From the NCBI GenBank assembly GCA_963728915.1, contig CAVSLV010000003.1, forward strand, positions 96,001 to 160,000: DNA of 64,000 nt, given 5' to 3'. The notes beneath the pieces were generated by a model that searched no databases, was not told the origin of the DNA, and worked only from the letters and a program-made list of their open reading frames with translations. A program made the position numbers and the translations under genes. Position 1 is the first letter of the stretch. Each line of letters starts with the position of its first letter. Shown here in pieces: positions 62,440-64,000 of the stretch. The stretch is from an uncultured Gemmatimonadales bacterium (GTDB lineage: Bacteria > Gemmatimonadota > Gemmatimonadetes > Gemmatimonadales > GWC2-71-9).

Positions 62440-63708
62440 TCAGGTCCGGGTCCTGAATCTCCCCACCGACTCGGTGAGCCGAAGGGCCGACCCCGCCAGG
62501 TGCTGCGCCGAGGCGGTCACTTCCTCCGTCGAGGCATTGACGGTTTCGGTTCCCGAGGAGATCTCTTTCGCCGCCCGGGTGAATTCCTCGGTGACCGTGG
62601 CCAGGGTCCGGGTCCGCCCGGCGATCCCATCGACCAGGCGCCGCACTTCCTCCGCGGCCTGCGAAATCCGGCGGCTCCACTGGTCCGCGGCCTCCGCCTC
62701 GGACGCCACCGCCTGGAGCCCCTCGATGGCCGACCGCGCCGCATCTCTCGCCATGAGCCCGCCTTCTCCGAGGCGGAGCAAGCGTTCCCGAGCCAGCTGA
62801 ACCCGGGCCGAGATGTTCTGCACCGTCTCGCTGGTCGAGGTGGCTGCGAGCGCCGCCTGGCCCGAGAGCTTGCGCACCTCGTCGGCAACGGTGTCGAACC
62901 CATCGCCCTCGTGACCTCCCCGGGCCGCCTCGATCGACGCATTGAGGGCGAGGATCCGGGTCTGGCGGGCCACCGTGCGGCCCTGGTCCACGAACCGCTC
63001 GAGGGCGTCGGACGCCTCCGCCAGGGTCTCGGCCTCGGCGGTGCCCAGGCGCACCTCCTCGGCGAGCTGGTCCAGGGCCTTTACGCTGGCATTCAGGCGC
63101 TCCCCGTGGCCGCGGGCGAGCTGGAGCAGGGCCGCGTTTCGATCGACCGCCCGCTGGGCGCCCTCGGCGACCGACTGCGCGATCGCGAGAATCCGGGCGG
63201 CGTCGTCGGCGACGGCCCGGACCACGTTGGCCTGGACCAGGGATTTCTCGGTGAGGGCGGCGGTGGTACTCGCGACGTCCTGGGTCGAAGCCACCATCTG
63301 CTCGGTAGCGGAGGAAATCTCCTCGGCGAGCGCGGCGGAATCCGTGGCGGACTGGCGGATCGCATTGACCAGCCCATTGAGCTCCCGCACCATCCGGTGC
63401 ACCCCCTCGGTCACCGGCCCCCCGCCCACCCGATCGATCTGACCGGGCTCGACGGTCAGGTCGAAGTCCGCGATCCGGAGCGTGATAATTCCCACGGCGC
63501 GGAGCGGCTCGATGACCCGGCGGTCGAGCCAGGAGAGGGCGACCCAGAGACTCAGCAGGCAAAGGAGGGCAAAGACGCCGACCATCGCGAAGGCCGGCCA
63601 GGGCATATCGCCGGACACGAACACCCAGACGACGGCCGTCAGTCCAAGGGACATTACCGCCCCGCCCAGTTGGACCGCGCGTCGAAGTTGTTTTCCAGTC
63701 TCGGCCAT
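62440..63708 (-). CDS. Methyl-accepting chemotaxis-like protein
   Basis: Two TM helices, a HAMP segment and the signalling hairpin QTRILALNASIEAARGGHEGDGFDTVADEVRKLS. Confidence 0.9.
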   Translation of the reverse strand: MAETGKQLRRAVQLGGAVMSLGLTAVVWVFVSGDMPWPAFAMVGVFALLCLLSLWVALSWLDRRVIEPLRAVGIITLRIADFDLTVEPGQIDRVGGGPVTEGVHRMVRELNGLVNAIRQSATDSAALAEEISSATEQMVASTQDVASTTAALTEKSLVQANVVRAVADDAARILAIAQSVAEGAQRAVDRNAALLQLARGHGERLNASVKALDQLAEEVRLGTAEAETLAEASDALERFVDQGRTVARQTRILALNASIEAARGGHEGDGFDTVADEVRKLSGQAALAATSTSETVQNISARVQLARERLLRLGEGGLMARDAARSAIEGLQAVASEAEAADQWSRRISQAAEEVRRLVDGIAGRTRTLATVTEEFTRAAKEISSGTETVNASTEEVTASAQHLAGSALRLTESVGRFRTRT

Positions 63709-63733
63709 GGTGGCTGGATATTAAGTTACCCCG

Positions 63734-64000
63734 ATGAATGAACACCATCCCGAACCCGGGTATCGTCCGGAGCTGGTCGAGGCGAAGTGGCAGGCGCGCT
63801 GGGCCGAGCGACACACCAACGAGCCCGATCTGGACCAGGCCGAGCGGCCGTTCTACAACCTGATGATGTTCCCCTACCCCTCCGCCGAGGGGCTCCACGT
63901 GGGGAACTTCTTCGCCTTCACCGGAGCGGACGTGTACGGCCGGTATCAGCGGCTCCGGGGGCACCAGGTCTTCGAGCCGATCGGCTTCGACGCGTTCGGG
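63734..64000 (+). CDS. leuS: Leucine--tRNA ligase (5' part; runs off the window end)
   Basis: Manual translation: MNEHHPEPGYRPELVEAKWQARW...YNLMMFPYPSAEGLHVGN...PIGFDAFG (HIGH-type motif). Confidence 0.93.
   Translation, partial: MNEHHPEPGYRPELVEAKWQARWAERHTNEPDLDQAERPFYNLMMFPYPSAEGLHVGNFFAFTGADVYGRYQRLRGHQVFEPIGFDAFG

Overview
High-GC (roughly 68% by eye) bacterial chromosomal window with no rRNA, tRNA, CRISPR array or transposase that I can support. The gene content suggests Gemmatimonadota (inference): Ser/Thr kinase-TPR proteins, carboxypeptidase-regulatory-like and beta-propeller lipoproteins, and barrel-only Omp85 proteins. Housekeeping genes include ispH (partial), gyrA, NAD salvage (pncB-like, pncA), selO, proline dehydrogenase, a GMC oxidoreductase pair and leuS (partial). 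There is also a TolC-MFP-RND-RND efflux operon. Best candidate for an undescribed system, at 10.7-14.7 kb: a sensor-less NarX-type kinase with a NarL-type regulator, a 102-aa protein ending in FPCPPFC and a 7-TM membrane protein. A palindromic 16-bp box (CTATRA-CATC-TTATAG) lies upstream of this operon and recurs in front of a neighbouring orphan operon, which resembles an autoregulated peptide- or thiol-signalling circuit. Second highlight, at 51-62 kb: three tandem GAF-PAS hybrid kinases, a single-domain receiver and a HisKA-REC-HAMP-Ser/Thr kinase fusion. The first kinase seems to start at ACG, and two kinases share an apparently identical ~675-bp core. Window-wide signals are an over-represented CGGGTTAGG 9-mer, dispersed GGCGGACH octamer arrays in or next to genes, and frameshifts clustered at 6-15.5 kb.
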